Shown in pieces: positions 31,529 to 42,486 of a DNA stretch of 64,000 nt. The DNA is taken from NCBI GenBank assembly GCA_963693365.1, contig CAVNZM010000009.1:4661146-4725145 (forward strand). Reading direction: 5' to 3'. This stretch comes from Amoebidium appalachense (taxonomy: Eukaryota; Protista; Ichthyosporea). Every line of letters starts with the position of its first letter. Position 1 is the first letter of the stretch. The notes beneath the pieces were generated by a model. That model was not told the DNA's origin, searched no databases, and saw only the letters and a list, made by a program, of their open reading frames with translations. The position numbers were made by a program, and so were the translations under genes.

Positions 31529-32782
31529 GTAATTGCCGGTGCTGGATGCACGGATACGGCATGTATTGCACATTGTGACCCAGTGGGTCACGAAAAAGTA
31601 ATTAAAAATGTGCCTATACCATGTGCTTCTGCCCCGGCTTCTTCCGATATTCCCCCCTCCGAGCCCCCTTCCCCCGACCCCCGACCCCCCACCCCCCCAC
31701 ACCTATCCCCCCCCACAAAGAAACTTCGAACACTCGATAGAATAAGAAAAGTGTTCGATATAAGTGCCATATGCAATGCAGGAAGACGTATCTATGTTAA
31801 TGTTAGTAATACGTTGAGTAATGAAAAATACTCTGCATTGTTTGACACTGGGGCATCATTCACGGTGGTTAGTGAAGCTGTTTTTTCCCGACACATGCAG
31901 GAGTTTGCTTTGCAACCCTCGGATGTGATTGTTACTTCTGTAAGGAAAAACGATAAAGCTCTAGCTGTGAGTGGTGAAGTGATGCTCCCGTTATGCCTCG
32001 GTTCTCAAACATTCATGTGGCCTTGCTTAGTAATTAAAAATATTAAGCATGACATGATTATTGGGAACGATTTTGCCAACAAACACATTGCCACCACTAA
32101 TCATCAAGCACACTCACTAACACTGGTGTCGGGGATGGTGGTGCCGACGTCATCTTTGCACACCCCCTACACAATGTGTCCTGTTACCGTCAAGCACGAC
32201 ACCACCGTCAAATCTGGCTTTGGATGTGTATTACGTGCAACGGTGCAGGTGACTGCTGCTGCTGCTGCTGCTGGCACCCTCGGTATCTTCGAGCCTACTC
32301 GTGAATTTCGAGATAAGTTCCCCCCCACCATCTGTGAAATTAGTGTGGATAAATCTATTGCTGTTGTGTGCGAAAATGGTGTGGGTCCGGATTTGAACGT
32401 GTTCGGTACCATCGGTCATTTCGTTCCTACGAGCCGACATGAGTACATACACGAACTGAGTGTTTTGCAAGCCGAACCCCACCCCAGCCGTACACAAACC
32501 GTCGTTGGTGCAATAGCGCAGTGCATCAGGTGGGCAACGGGGGGTGGAGAAGGTTGCCTACCCAATTCACCTCCGGCCGTGCCACCGGGCCGGGTGCCTA
32601 CCGATAACATGTGTGGGCACGAAGGGCATGTGAGTGGGACACGAGGCGGTCCGATACACTCACCGATCGACCAATCAATGTGTGCCGTTGATCATGAAAA
32701 ACCCCCCCCCCCCCCCGCGAAAAATTTCGGAAATTTCGGGTGGGGGTGCACACGATGCCGGCCAGGCTCCCCACGGTTTTGA
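31529..32782 (+). CDS. aspartic protease ORF, in frame with gag after a single TAG
   Basis: ALFDTGASFTVVS active-site motif and downstream DMIIGNDF motif. Confidence 0.92.
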   Translation, partial: VIAGAGCTDTACIAHCDPVGHEKVIKNVPIPCASAPASSDIPPSEPPSPDPRPPTPPHLSPPTKKLRTLDRIRKVFDISAICNAGRRIYVNVSNTLSNEKYSALFDTGASFTVVSEAVFSRHMQEFALQPSDVIVTSVRKNDKALAVSGEVMLPLCLGSQTFMWPCLVIKNIKHDMIIGNDFANKHIATTNHQAHSLTLVSGMVVPTSSLHTPYTMCPVTVKHDTTVKSGFGCVLRATVQVTAAAAAAGTLGIFEPTREFRDKFPPTICEISVDKSIAVVCENGVGPDLNVFGTIGHFVPTSRHEYIHELSVLQAEPHPSRTQTVVGAIAQCIRWATGGGEGCLPNSPPAVPPGRVPTDNMCGHEGHVSGTRGGPIHSPIDQSMCAVDHEKPPPPPAKNFGNFGWGCTRCRPGSPRF

Positions 32783-33974
32783 TTGGAATAGGGTGCCTCA
32801 GAGTATGCTTCCGGATGTCAAGAAACTATTAGAAGCACACTCTCGTTGCTTCATCACTACGGACCCCGACGAATTTCCTCAGATTAAAGGATTCACCATG
32901 CACATAGACACGGGAGATAACCCACCGATTCGATTAAAACAGTGGAGGTTGGAACAAGTGAAAGAGCAGGCTGCAAAGGAGATCGTGGAGGATATGTGTC
33001 GTAGAGGGCAGATGGAACAAGCACACAGTCAGTATAATTCACCCACCTTCGTAATACGAAAACCAAACGGAAAATACCGTCTGCTGACTGATTTTCGTGC
33101 TCTTAACAAGCAAATTCGAAAATCTGCCTGGCCCATGCCCAACTTGCAACAACAAATAGAGAAGTTGGCTGGGTATAAGTATTTCTGTAAAGCTGATATG
33201 TCGGGTGCCTTTTACCAAATACTGCTAGACGCTGAGTCACGTGAAAAAACAGGATTTTCTGTGGCTGGTGTGCAGTATCGTTATTGTGTGGCACCACAGG
33301 GGCTCAGTACTTCCCCGTCCCAGCTAGCATCTATCATGACACAGATTTTGGCCCCTCTGGCCGATGACGTGGTGATATATGCCGATGATTTAGCTGTGGG
33401 TGCACACACCGAAAAAGAATTAATACAGAAGCTTGACCGACTTTTCACCCGTCTCGGTGAATATGGTGTTAAGCTCGATGGGGCAAAGACATACATTGGG
33501 CTAACGGAAATACCGTTTTTGGGTTGGATTGTAGGTGTGAATGGCATTCGGCCCGACCCGAAAAAGGTTCAGGCAGTGAAAGATTGGCCGGTACCAAACA
33601 CACTACACCAACTCCGGGGTTTTCTGGGTATTACTTCCTATCTCCGCCGTCACATTTTAAATTATGCAGAGCGAGCCCGACCCATGAATGCCGAGTGTTA
33701 CGGAGAAAAACACCGACGGTTAAAATGGACGGACGAATTAGATCGCTCGTTTAAAGATTTAAAATCGGCGTTATCGGAGGAAGTGCTTGCCCTGCCCGAT
33801 CTTTCCCCCACGGGGCCCGGGGTCAGTTTCTTAGTCGTTGTGATGCTAGTCGGTTCTCGGAAGGGGCTTGCCTGTATCAAAAACAAAAAGATGGCAAACA
33901 AAAAGATGGCAACGTGTTCGGTACCATCGGTCATTTCGTTCCTACGAGCCGACATGAGTACATACACGAACTGA
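32634..33974 (+). CDS. pol: reverse transcriptase, copy 1 (inside tandem duplication 32396-33897)
   Basis: YRLLTDFRALN, ADMSGAFYQI, PQGLSTSP, YADD, FLGW and LRGFLG motifs. Confidence 0.95.
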   Translation: MGHEAVRYTHRSTNQCVPLIMKNPPPPPRKISEISGGGAHDAGQAPHGFDWNRVPQSMLPDVKKLLEAHSRCFITTDPDEFPQIKGFTMHIDTGDNPPIRLKQWRLEQVKEQAAKEIVEDMCRRGQMEQAHSQYNSPTFVIRKPNGKYRLLTDFRALNKQIRKSAWPMPNLQQQIEKLAGYKYFCKADMSGAFYQILLDAESREKTGFSVAGVQYRYCVAPQGLSTSPSQLASIMTQILAPLADDVVIYADDLAVGAHTEKELIQKLDRLFTRLGEYGVKLDGAKTYIGLTEIPFLGWIVGVNGIRPDPKKVQAVKDWPVPNTLHQLRGFLGITSYLRRHILNYAERARPMNAECYGEKHRRLKWTDELDRSFKDLKSALSEEVLALPDLSPTGPGVSFLVVVMLVGSRKGLACIKNKKMANKKMATCSVPSVISFLRADMSTYTN

Positions 33975-34148
33975 GTGTTTTGCAAGCCGAACCCCACCCC
34001 AGCCGTACACAAACCGTCGTTGGTGCAATAGCGCAGTGCATCAGGTGGGCAACGGGGGGTGGAGAAGGTTGCCTACCCAATTCACCTCCGGCCGTGCCAC
34101 CGGGCCGGGTGCCTACCGATAACATGTGTGGGCACGAAGGGCATGTGA

Positions 34149-37100
34149 GTGGGACACGAGGCGGTCCGATACACTCACCGATCGACCAATCAATGTGTGC
34201 CGTTGATCATGAAAAACCCCCCCCCCCCGCGAAAAATTTCGGAAATTTCGGGTGGGGGTGCACACGATGCCGGCCAGGCTCCCCACGGTTTTGATTGGAA
34301 TAGGGTGCCTCAGAGTATGCTTCCGGATGTCAAGAAACTATTAGAAGCACACTCTCGTTGCTTCATCACTACGGACCCCGACGAATTTCCTCAGATTAAA
34401 GGATTCACCATGCACATAGACACGGGAGATAACCCACCGATTCGATTAAAACAGTGGAGGTTGGAACAAGTGAAAGAGCAGGCTGCAAAGGAGATCGTGG
34501 AGGATATGTGTCGTAGAGGGCAGATGGAACAAGCACACAGTCAGTATAATTCACCCACCTTCGTAATACGAAAACCAAACGGAAAATACCGTCTGCTGAC
34601 TGATTTTCGTGCTCTTAACAAGCAAATTCGAAAATCTGCCTGGCCCATGCCCAACTTGCAACAACAAATAGAGAAGTTGGCTGGGTATAAGTATTTCTGT
34701 AAAGCTGATATGTCGGGTGCCTTTTACCAAATACTGCTAGACGCTGAGTCACGTGAAAAAACAGGATTTTCTGTGGCTGGTGTGCAGTATCGTTATTGTG
34801 TGGCACCACAGGGGCTCAGTACTTCCCCGTCCCAGCTAGCATCTATCATGACACAGATTTTGGCCCCTCTGGCCGATGACGTGGTGATATATGCCGATGA
34901 TTTAGCTGTGGGTGCACACACCGAAAAAGAATTAATACAGAAGCTTGACCGACTTTTCACCCGTCTCGGTGAATATGGTGTTAAGCTCGATGGGGCAAAG
35001 ACATACATTGGGCTAACGGAAATACCGTTTTTGGGTTGGATTGTAGGTGTGAATGGCATTCGGCCCGACCCGAAAAAGGTTCAGGCAGTGAAAGATTGGC
35101 CGGTACCAAACACACTACACCAACTCCGGGGTTTTCTGGGTATTACTTCCTATCTCCGCCGTCACATTTTAAATTATGCAGAGCGAGCCCGACCCATGAA
35201 TGCCGAGTGTTACGGAGAAAAACACCGACGGTTAAAATGGACGGACGAATTAGATCGCTCGTTTAAAGATTTAAAATCGGCGTTATCGGAGGAAGTGCTT
35301 GCCCTGCCCGATCTTTCCCCCACGGGGCCCGGGGTCAGTTTCTTAGTCGTTGTGATGCTAGTCGGTTCTCGGAAGGGGCTTGCCTGTATCAAAAACAAAA
35401 AGATGGCAAGTTCCGCACGGTGGCATATGCCTCCCGGATGTTTCAACCTACCGAACGTAGGTGGAGCAACATCGAACGAGAAACGCATGCAATCTATTGG
35501 GCACTGAAAGAGTTTAGGGTGTACGTGTATGGTCGAGTGAATACTATTGTGGAGAGTGACCATAAGCCCTGTCTTTCTCTTAAAGGTGTCAAACGGATAG
35601 CAAACGAACGGATGCAACGGTGGGCTTTGGAAATGCAGGAGTATGATTTCGATCTATACTACCGTCCTGGCCCTACCATGCACGATGCTGATGGGTTAAG
35701 CCGTATAGGATATATTCTGCATGAGAACGAAAACATACCACTGGAAAGGTGGGATGTGAAAAAGGAATTACAAGAGGTTCTCACAGCAGATTTATCCGAG
35801 CTTAGCTCGAAACCAGCCGAAGTGTTTGTTGATTGGGGTGATGCACTCGAATTCACACACATTTTCGATCCAGACCGCTTGAAATGTGCACAAATTTCTG
35901 CACTCAGTCAAGCCGGCCTGCCCTCCCTTTCTGCACTCGGTGGTGCCGGCTATCAGAAGGAAGCAATTATGATGGCACAGGGGGGGGACAAAATGTGTAA
36001 GGATATAATCACGTGGCTACGGTGGCTTGCCTCCCTCGATGCCGAGGCCAAACGGGAATGGCAGGCAGGGGGGGAACGAGCTGCACACGGTTTTAATCTT
36101 GAGTATTTCGGATACAAAAAGGTTAAGAAAATAGCACAAATGTGTGTGATAGAGGATGACGTGCTTTATCATGTGGCTAAGGATGGTCGTCGTTGCCTGT
36201 ATGTGCCCGAAATCCTTCGTGCTGATTTATTAAGAAGTGTGCACGACGGGGGGGCTCATACTGGCATTGAACGAACTTACGAAAGATTATACAATTATTA
36301 TTGGCCACGCATGCACAAAGATATCACTGCTTATGTGAATGCCTGCACACAGTGCCAAGGCCGTAACGATAACCCACACTTGAGAAGTAGGCCATTTGAA
36401 CAGAGATACGAAAATTTAAAAATGTTCTCTCGTGTTTCTGTTGACCTTATGGGTCCGTTCACAGAAACGAAAAATGGTAATACTTTCATTTGTGTGTTTA
36501 TGGATATGGCAACGAAGTATTTAATCACTGTGCCCATCCAATCTAAGCATGCCGTTAATGTTGCACATGCACTCATGAATGTAATTTGCTATATACACGG
36601 GCCCCCTCGTACACTCTTGAGTGATCAAGGATCAGAATTTCTCAATGAGCTAATTATTGAGATTTGCCGTATAGCAAATATTGCACAAGTGAGCACCTCT
36701 GCATATCACCCACAAAGCAACGGTTCCAATGAACGGTCTCATAGATTTATTAATAATGCACTCTCAAAGTACGTTAATTATGAGCACACTAATTGGGACA
36801 CTCTGTTGCCGGTGGTTACACATGCATACAACACAACAACACACAAAATTTTGCAATGTACACCGTATCATCTTGTGTACGGGCAAGAAGCAACACAATT
36901 CCCTGACGTTGCCCTTCTTAGCAGTAACCACCCGGCACTCAAGGACCCAGAGTGGAAGGCATACCGGCGAGAGTTACTAGCCCGTCTGCGTCTGCTCCGT
37001 GCTGTGGTCCAGCAACGTGCCGTACGAGAGCCCCCAGGCCCCTCGGTGGCTCGTGAATTTAAGAAGGGTGCACGGATACGTGTTCGGAATCAAGCCAAAA

Positions 37101-37552
37101 ATATCGGTGCCTGGGATGTACGGTGGATTACGGGTTACGAAATCGTCAAAAGGGTCGGCCCGGTCACGTACGAGATCCGAAGCTTAGCAACTATGAAGAA
37201 ATCTAAGTGGCACGTGGACGATATTCAGCTTGAATTGAGTGAGCAAAATAGAATTCGGCCTCAAGATCTCTCTCACCTCCCGGACACGGGCGATAGTCAC
37301 AATTTCAACAAGGTTCTGCCGGACGAGTGGGTGGTGGAAAAGGTGCTTGACGTAAGAATTCAGAAACGGCGCAAGCAATCCACCCCTTACAAGTGGTACC
37401 AGATCAAGTGGGCAGGCAAAGATGAATCATTCACCTCTTGGGAGTGTGAGAAAGACTTAGCCTGCCCGGACAAGATCCGAGAGTTCCACCAACGCAGAGG
37501 TGACCTTGCATCGTTCAACGGATACATTGACTCATTGTGTGGAGCATGGTGA
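34149..37552 (+). CDS. pol: Pol: RT copy 2, RNase H, integrase, chromodomain (one frameshift near 35320)
   Basis: RT as in copy 1. RNase H motifs CDAS (in the shifted frame), ERE, ESDHKP, ADGLSR. Integrase HHCC (HDGGAH...CTQC) and D-D-E (VDLMGP, SDQGSEF, NER). C-terminal chromodomain EWVVEKVLD...YQIKWAG...SWE. Confidence 0.95.
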
Positions 37553-37592
37553 CGTATGTCGAGGACGACATACTTCTTTTTACGGTGGGGCG

Positions 37593-38205
37593 TGTGGTAT
37601 ATTATACCGGATATCTAGTATGGATGTACACAGGTTGAGATATACGCACACGTGTACATGTGTATATACCACTGTGTTTGATCTTAGGTAGGCCAGTATG
37701 CATGTCTCCCCCCAGTCTTGTGCGCATGAGCAAGAAGTTAAACATATGTGCACGTGCAGCTTGCAGAATTATTCATGGGAAAACAGATATAATAGTCACA
37801 TGGGACCGACACGTAGTAGAGGAACCATGAGCGTTAAGTTATAGTTTTATCATGGGAAAATATGCAAGTAGCCGTGAAGGTATGACTGTGGAATGCATCG
37901 ATAGTCAAGTACTGTCACCCGATTGGCTCACTAAGTTTATTGGAACCGTGATAGCCATGGGACAGAACCGTGAACCGTATGTGATTGGCTCATAGCCAAA
38001 AAGCACATACCAATGCGCATGTCTGAGCCGCTGTGCGAGCTCCGATATAAGGGCATGTCGGGGGCTTCAGAGCTCACTCAGTGTGCTCGGCTTACTAGGT
38101 GTACTAAGTAGGACTAGCACGTAACTAAGCAAAGCGTGGTCTAGTCAACCCCGTTCATTTATAAACATATTGTTTGTCACAGACACACGATCATATTATA
38201 CAACA
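37593..38205 (+). repeat. 3' LTR (613 bp)
   Basis: Direct repeat of 28948-29557. Confidence 0.97.
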
Positions 38206-38247
38206 GCGCACCCCCGTCACTGGGGATTCGGACACCCGCGGCGAGTC

Positions 38248-38727
38248 TGTAAACAGTTGGACTAGTTAGGATAAGGCAGAGTACAACTGAATCAAAATAA
38301 AGACAGAGAACGGGTAGAAAGGCACACGCGGCCAGGTTGCTTTTACTATGGGCCGACTCAGTCTGTCTCAGACTTCACTGATGTGATCCCCGTACTGGGA
38401 CGGCTTTTATATATAGCCCCCAGGTTTCGGATCAAGGCCCAGGATTGGTTCATCCGCGGCCAGCGCGGGTGGCAACATGCCATTCGTGATTCTGGTGCGG
38501 TCCGAGCCAGTCAGACCTTTGTCCTATTTATGCAAACCTCTTATTGGTTCACTTCGTTTATGTGGTATGCAGCTGAAGAACCATATATGGTTCAATTCTT
38601 AGGTCAGAGTGAGTCCTATTGGTGCGGACATAATATTTATGTGATATTCATGACAAAGCACGAATCGTGTGCTAGTAGATCACATTCTTTAGTAAACATG
38701 TACAGTTCATGTGTACAGTTGTTTACA
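38248..38727 (-). mobile_element. solo LTR of an unrelated family (480 bp)
   Basis: TGTAAACA...TGTTTACA inverted ends and 5-bp TSD GAGTC (38243-38247, 38728-38732). The opposite foldback arm keeps the empty site with one GAGTC. Minus-strand TATATATAAAA near 38405-38415 and CCAAT boxes suggest minus orientation. Confidence 0.88.
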
Positions 38728-39379
38728 GAGTCACGCCCGCAGCGCCTTCGGCAGACCTGGGGGATGCCGGACTGCCCGTTGTTCAGCGTCGTTGTGCATT
38801 GCATCGATGAGGCTGCAGAGTGCCCCGATGGTAACCCCGTTCTCCTCGAGCACGTGCTTGTTGGCCTCGGAAGGGATCCAGGGCAGTAGGTCGGCTGGGA
38901 TGCGTCGGGGCCCGTTGGGCATAGGGTACTCCGTCATCCATGGTAAGGTGGGTGCCAGAGTGGGGTTCCGCTCGGCAAAGGCATGTCCGGGAACTTGAGC
39001 AACGGGCAGTCCGGCATCCCCCAGGTCTGCCGAAGGCGCAGCTCAGCGGCGGGCGTGACTCGCCGCGGGTGTCCGAATCCCCAGTGACGGAGTACCCTAT
39101 GCCCAACGGTCCCCGACGCACCCCAGCCGACCTACTGCCCTGAATATTGCTCGAAAATAACGTTCATGGTGAAGTTCTAAAAGGGTGACCTACCCTATTG
39201 TAAACAAAGCGTGAACGAGGTTTACACACTTTTTATTGCGTGGACACTGCCGGAGGCCCAGCCACATTCGACGGCCTACTGCGTTTTCCAGCGCTTTGTG
39301 CGGCCTTTTCATTTGTTACGTGTTTGGATTCAGCCCTGTCGGCGATCTCAAGCACTTATGTACAGATTTTTTCTGTTAA

Positions 39380-40339
39380 GGGCCTGTTTGGTAGCGCGCT
39401 GAATACGGTTTTTTATCGTATTCGTATTTAGGGCCTAAATACGTATACGATCGCGTGGCATGCCAAAGACGCCGCGGGCTTTTATTTTTTGTAAATACGA
39501 TAGGGATCGCTTTTATATCGTATTTACGAAAATCACCTCCGGGGGTGATTTTCGTAAATACGATATAGGAAATTAGCCAATCAGAGCATTTCGCATCATT
39601 TACTGGCTATCAGCTAACCAATGGTACAGCGTAAGCCGCGGCACAGCGGGCCGGCATTTTTACTACAGTACGCATGCCGGCGCATGCACGTGAACAATTC
39701 ACTGTTAAAAAAAAGGTCGGTGTCATACACGTCATTTTGTGTACATGATAAGTTAAAATTGGCACATGAATTTGGGCTGCACAGGTAAGACAGAGGACGA
39801 GGATCCCTACACGGTACCTATTGATAGTCTCCGTGCTGTGTTGTAGATCCTCGGGGCTCGGGCGCCGTCCTGCGAACCGCCTCATGGCATGCCCAGAGAG
39901 TGAGCGTGTGTTTTGCTGCTGCTTATTTTCAGATGCGTATTGCATAACAATTGCTGCGCCAGCAGCGGCACACACCACCGCAATAACTGACAGTATCCCT
40001 TCAATAACAGAGATTCTAACCTATTGTTAAACAGAGCAAGACTCACTGTCGGTGACTCGCTTTTGCCGTTCGCTGTAATACCGACTACAGCTGCACCAGC
40101 CTACTTGCACGGGCGCATACCGAAGGATGATCAATGGGTGCGAATAGGGCCAATCAGATCTCGTGAACCATGTATCGACATTTTATGTGACCAGTCACGC
40201 CTGACAGCGTTTGGAAGGCACCAACCGTATTTAGGCCCTAAATACATATACCACGATAAATTTTGTAAATACGGTAGATCGTATTTAGGGCCTAAATACG
40301 AATACGATTATTGGGGTGCTGCCAAACAGCTGCAGGCCC
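39380..40339. mobile_element. PIF/Harbinger (Tourist-like) non-autonomous element
   Basis: TAA flanks both ends. Left TIR GGGCCTGTTTGGTAGC; right TIR GCTGCCAAACAG[CTGCAG]GCCC. Subterminal palindromes CGTATTTAGGGCCTAAATACG at both ends and a 24-bp-arm hairpin at 39514-39567. Confidence 0.8.
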
Positions 40340-40820
40340 TAATACTTTTTTTAAAAAACGCCATGACGTATATATACGGATTCTTGTTTACCTCACGGCC
40401 ACAAAATAAGCCGTTAAAAAGAGGTATACAGATTCTTGTTAACCTAAGCGGCACAAGATAAGGCCGTTTAATAAACTTTAAGGTCACCTTTGTACATTGT
40501 TTTCGTAGTGAACCCTTGAACGATAGGCAAAGCATCTGGTGTGCTGCTGTTTGAACTCTGCTTCGTGCTGAGGTCCTGACGTGACGGTTGATGGCCTGCA
40601 GCCGTAACGGTTGATTAGTCACGTGACTCAGGCTGATTGTGATTCGCTTATGGATAACCTTTTATGGTTCACCAAACTAGTGCGGGAGCACGACAATCAT
40701 TGGATACAATATGACTTTTAAGCATGAATGGGCCGGTGGCTGGGAGCAGAGTGATGAGAGGGATGTGCGGTGATTATACCGGGGGGTATTTGTAGTTTTA
40801 ACAACGTAAGGGGGTAGGAA

Positions 40821-40908
<88 letters not shown>

Positions 40909-42486
40909 TCCCCCTCCCCACCCCTTCCTGCTACCCACCTTCACCGTGCACCCTCACTGTGGTCAGCCAAAGTATAATCTTTCGGAGATAAAATCTTTCT
41001 TCATGATGTTGTATAGTGGTAGCGATAAAACGTCACAAGTTCACATCATACGTGTCGATGAAGTACCAGTAGCCCTGCATCTGCAACCTTACCCCCCTCC
41101 CCCCCTCCCCCCTCCCCCCCCCCCCCCCCTTCCTCCCCCTCCCTCCCCTCCCCCCCACCCCACATGAACACATTGCCGTGGCAGGAAAAAACCAATCGAG
41201 TCCCCCCTGGCAGGCTCTCTACTTTTAATATTATACATCGGATGCCATCATACCATGGAACACATGCAGAAGCCTGGCCATAAAGGGGGCAAGCTTTCTT
41301 TCTTGAGATGAATGATGTGAGGGTTGGGAGGGTTAAAAGGGGGGGGGGGGGGGGGGGGGGGAGGGGGGGGGGGAGGGGGGGGGGATGCAACCGATAAGGG
41401 TGCCAGATGGACATGCGGAGTTTGAGCCCGGTCCGGAAAAAAGTTACGGAAGCGGGTCTTAGAATGATTATCATATGGATGGGCTATATATGCGGAAATT
41501 TAAATTTGGAAAGGTATCCCACAGTTGTCATTAACAAGGGTTCACATCCATCAATTTTTTTTTCACATTAGCCATTTATAGTGTGTAAATACAAGACCTT
41601 ATCTTATGTTGGGTGTCCCCGCTTTCTCCCGGCAACCAATCTCCACTGTTCCGATCAATTTACGAATGCCCCCCCCCCCCCCCCCCCCCCCTTCCGCTCC
41701 CCCTCCCCCCCACCTAAATTTCCTCCCTCCTTCGCCCCTCGCGCCATTGCTTCGGCCATACACAATCTCTCTCTCTCCGATCCCCCCCCTCTCTCCCCCC
41801 ATCGGTCATACCAAAGCAGTTTTCTTACCTAACTGACCGATTCCCTTCGGGCTTTATATTGCTCCTCTCATCACAGTTCTCCTACTTTCCACAAATCATC
41901 ACCATTCCCGTGCCTTGATCATTCCAAAAAAGGCACTCGCATTTTTCCCTCCTCCCTCTCCTCGGGCTATCATCATAAATATTACCACCTCCACCAGTCC
42001 CCATTACCGTTGTACCCCCGGGGCGGGCAGCGGCGGCGGGAGGAGGGGGGGGGGAGGGGGAGGGGGGGGGGGGGGGAAGGGGAGAGGTATAAGAGACTGA
42101 AATCAGTGGACAAATGTATGGGCTCATAGTGTGTGGTCTCATCTAAATCCATATATGTTTGACTCCATACACTTCAAATCCATTCAATTTGCTTGCATTG
42201 CATATTAGCTGCCCAAAGACTCAAAATTGAAAAATCAAATCCACAACTGTTACGCTTACAATCTATAAATTAGCTGCAGATCCCACGACCATCCATCCAG
42301 GGAGGGTTTTTGGCTAAATTACATGTATCATCGGGCATTATCAGCCTCAGAAATAAAGGGGAAAGGGATTTCATAGAAGTAGATGTCATACTTGAATCCC
42401 TGAGCATACAGCGAAAGACTTTTCCTTTTTAGATTAGCAAAAAACTCGCTTCAGTATCCCATTTGATTCCCCATGATATCAATACA

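Larger units (their letters stand above)
28948..38205 (+). mobile_element. full-length Ty3/Gypsy LTR retrotransposon with integrase chromodomain (chromovirus-type)
   Basis: TG...CA LTRs at 28948-29557 and 37593-38205; 5-bp TSD GCGCA (28943-28947, 38206-38210); domain order gag-PR-RT-RH-IN-chromo; G-rich tract GGTGGGGCG abutting the 3' LTR. Confidence 0.97.
28856..39219. mobile_element. foldback/inverted-repeat element (~620 bp when empty) interrupted by two LTR insertions
   Basis: Perfect 78-bp inverted repeats at 28856-28933 and 39142-39219. Further inverted blocks: 38214-38247 plus 38733-38784 versus 38996-39090, and 38879-38936 versus 39085-39142. No TSD visible. Confidence 0.8.

Noticed and set aside
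28856-39219. DIRS-type tyrosine-recombinase retroelement (inverted ends, no TSD)
   Set aside because: No tyrosine recombinase and no internal region complementary to the outer ends; the RT belongs to the inserted Gypsy element.
41397-41640. hAT-like terminus AGGGTGCCAGAT (similar words near 4112 and 27055)
   Set aside because: No convincing matching opposite end or 8-bp TSD.
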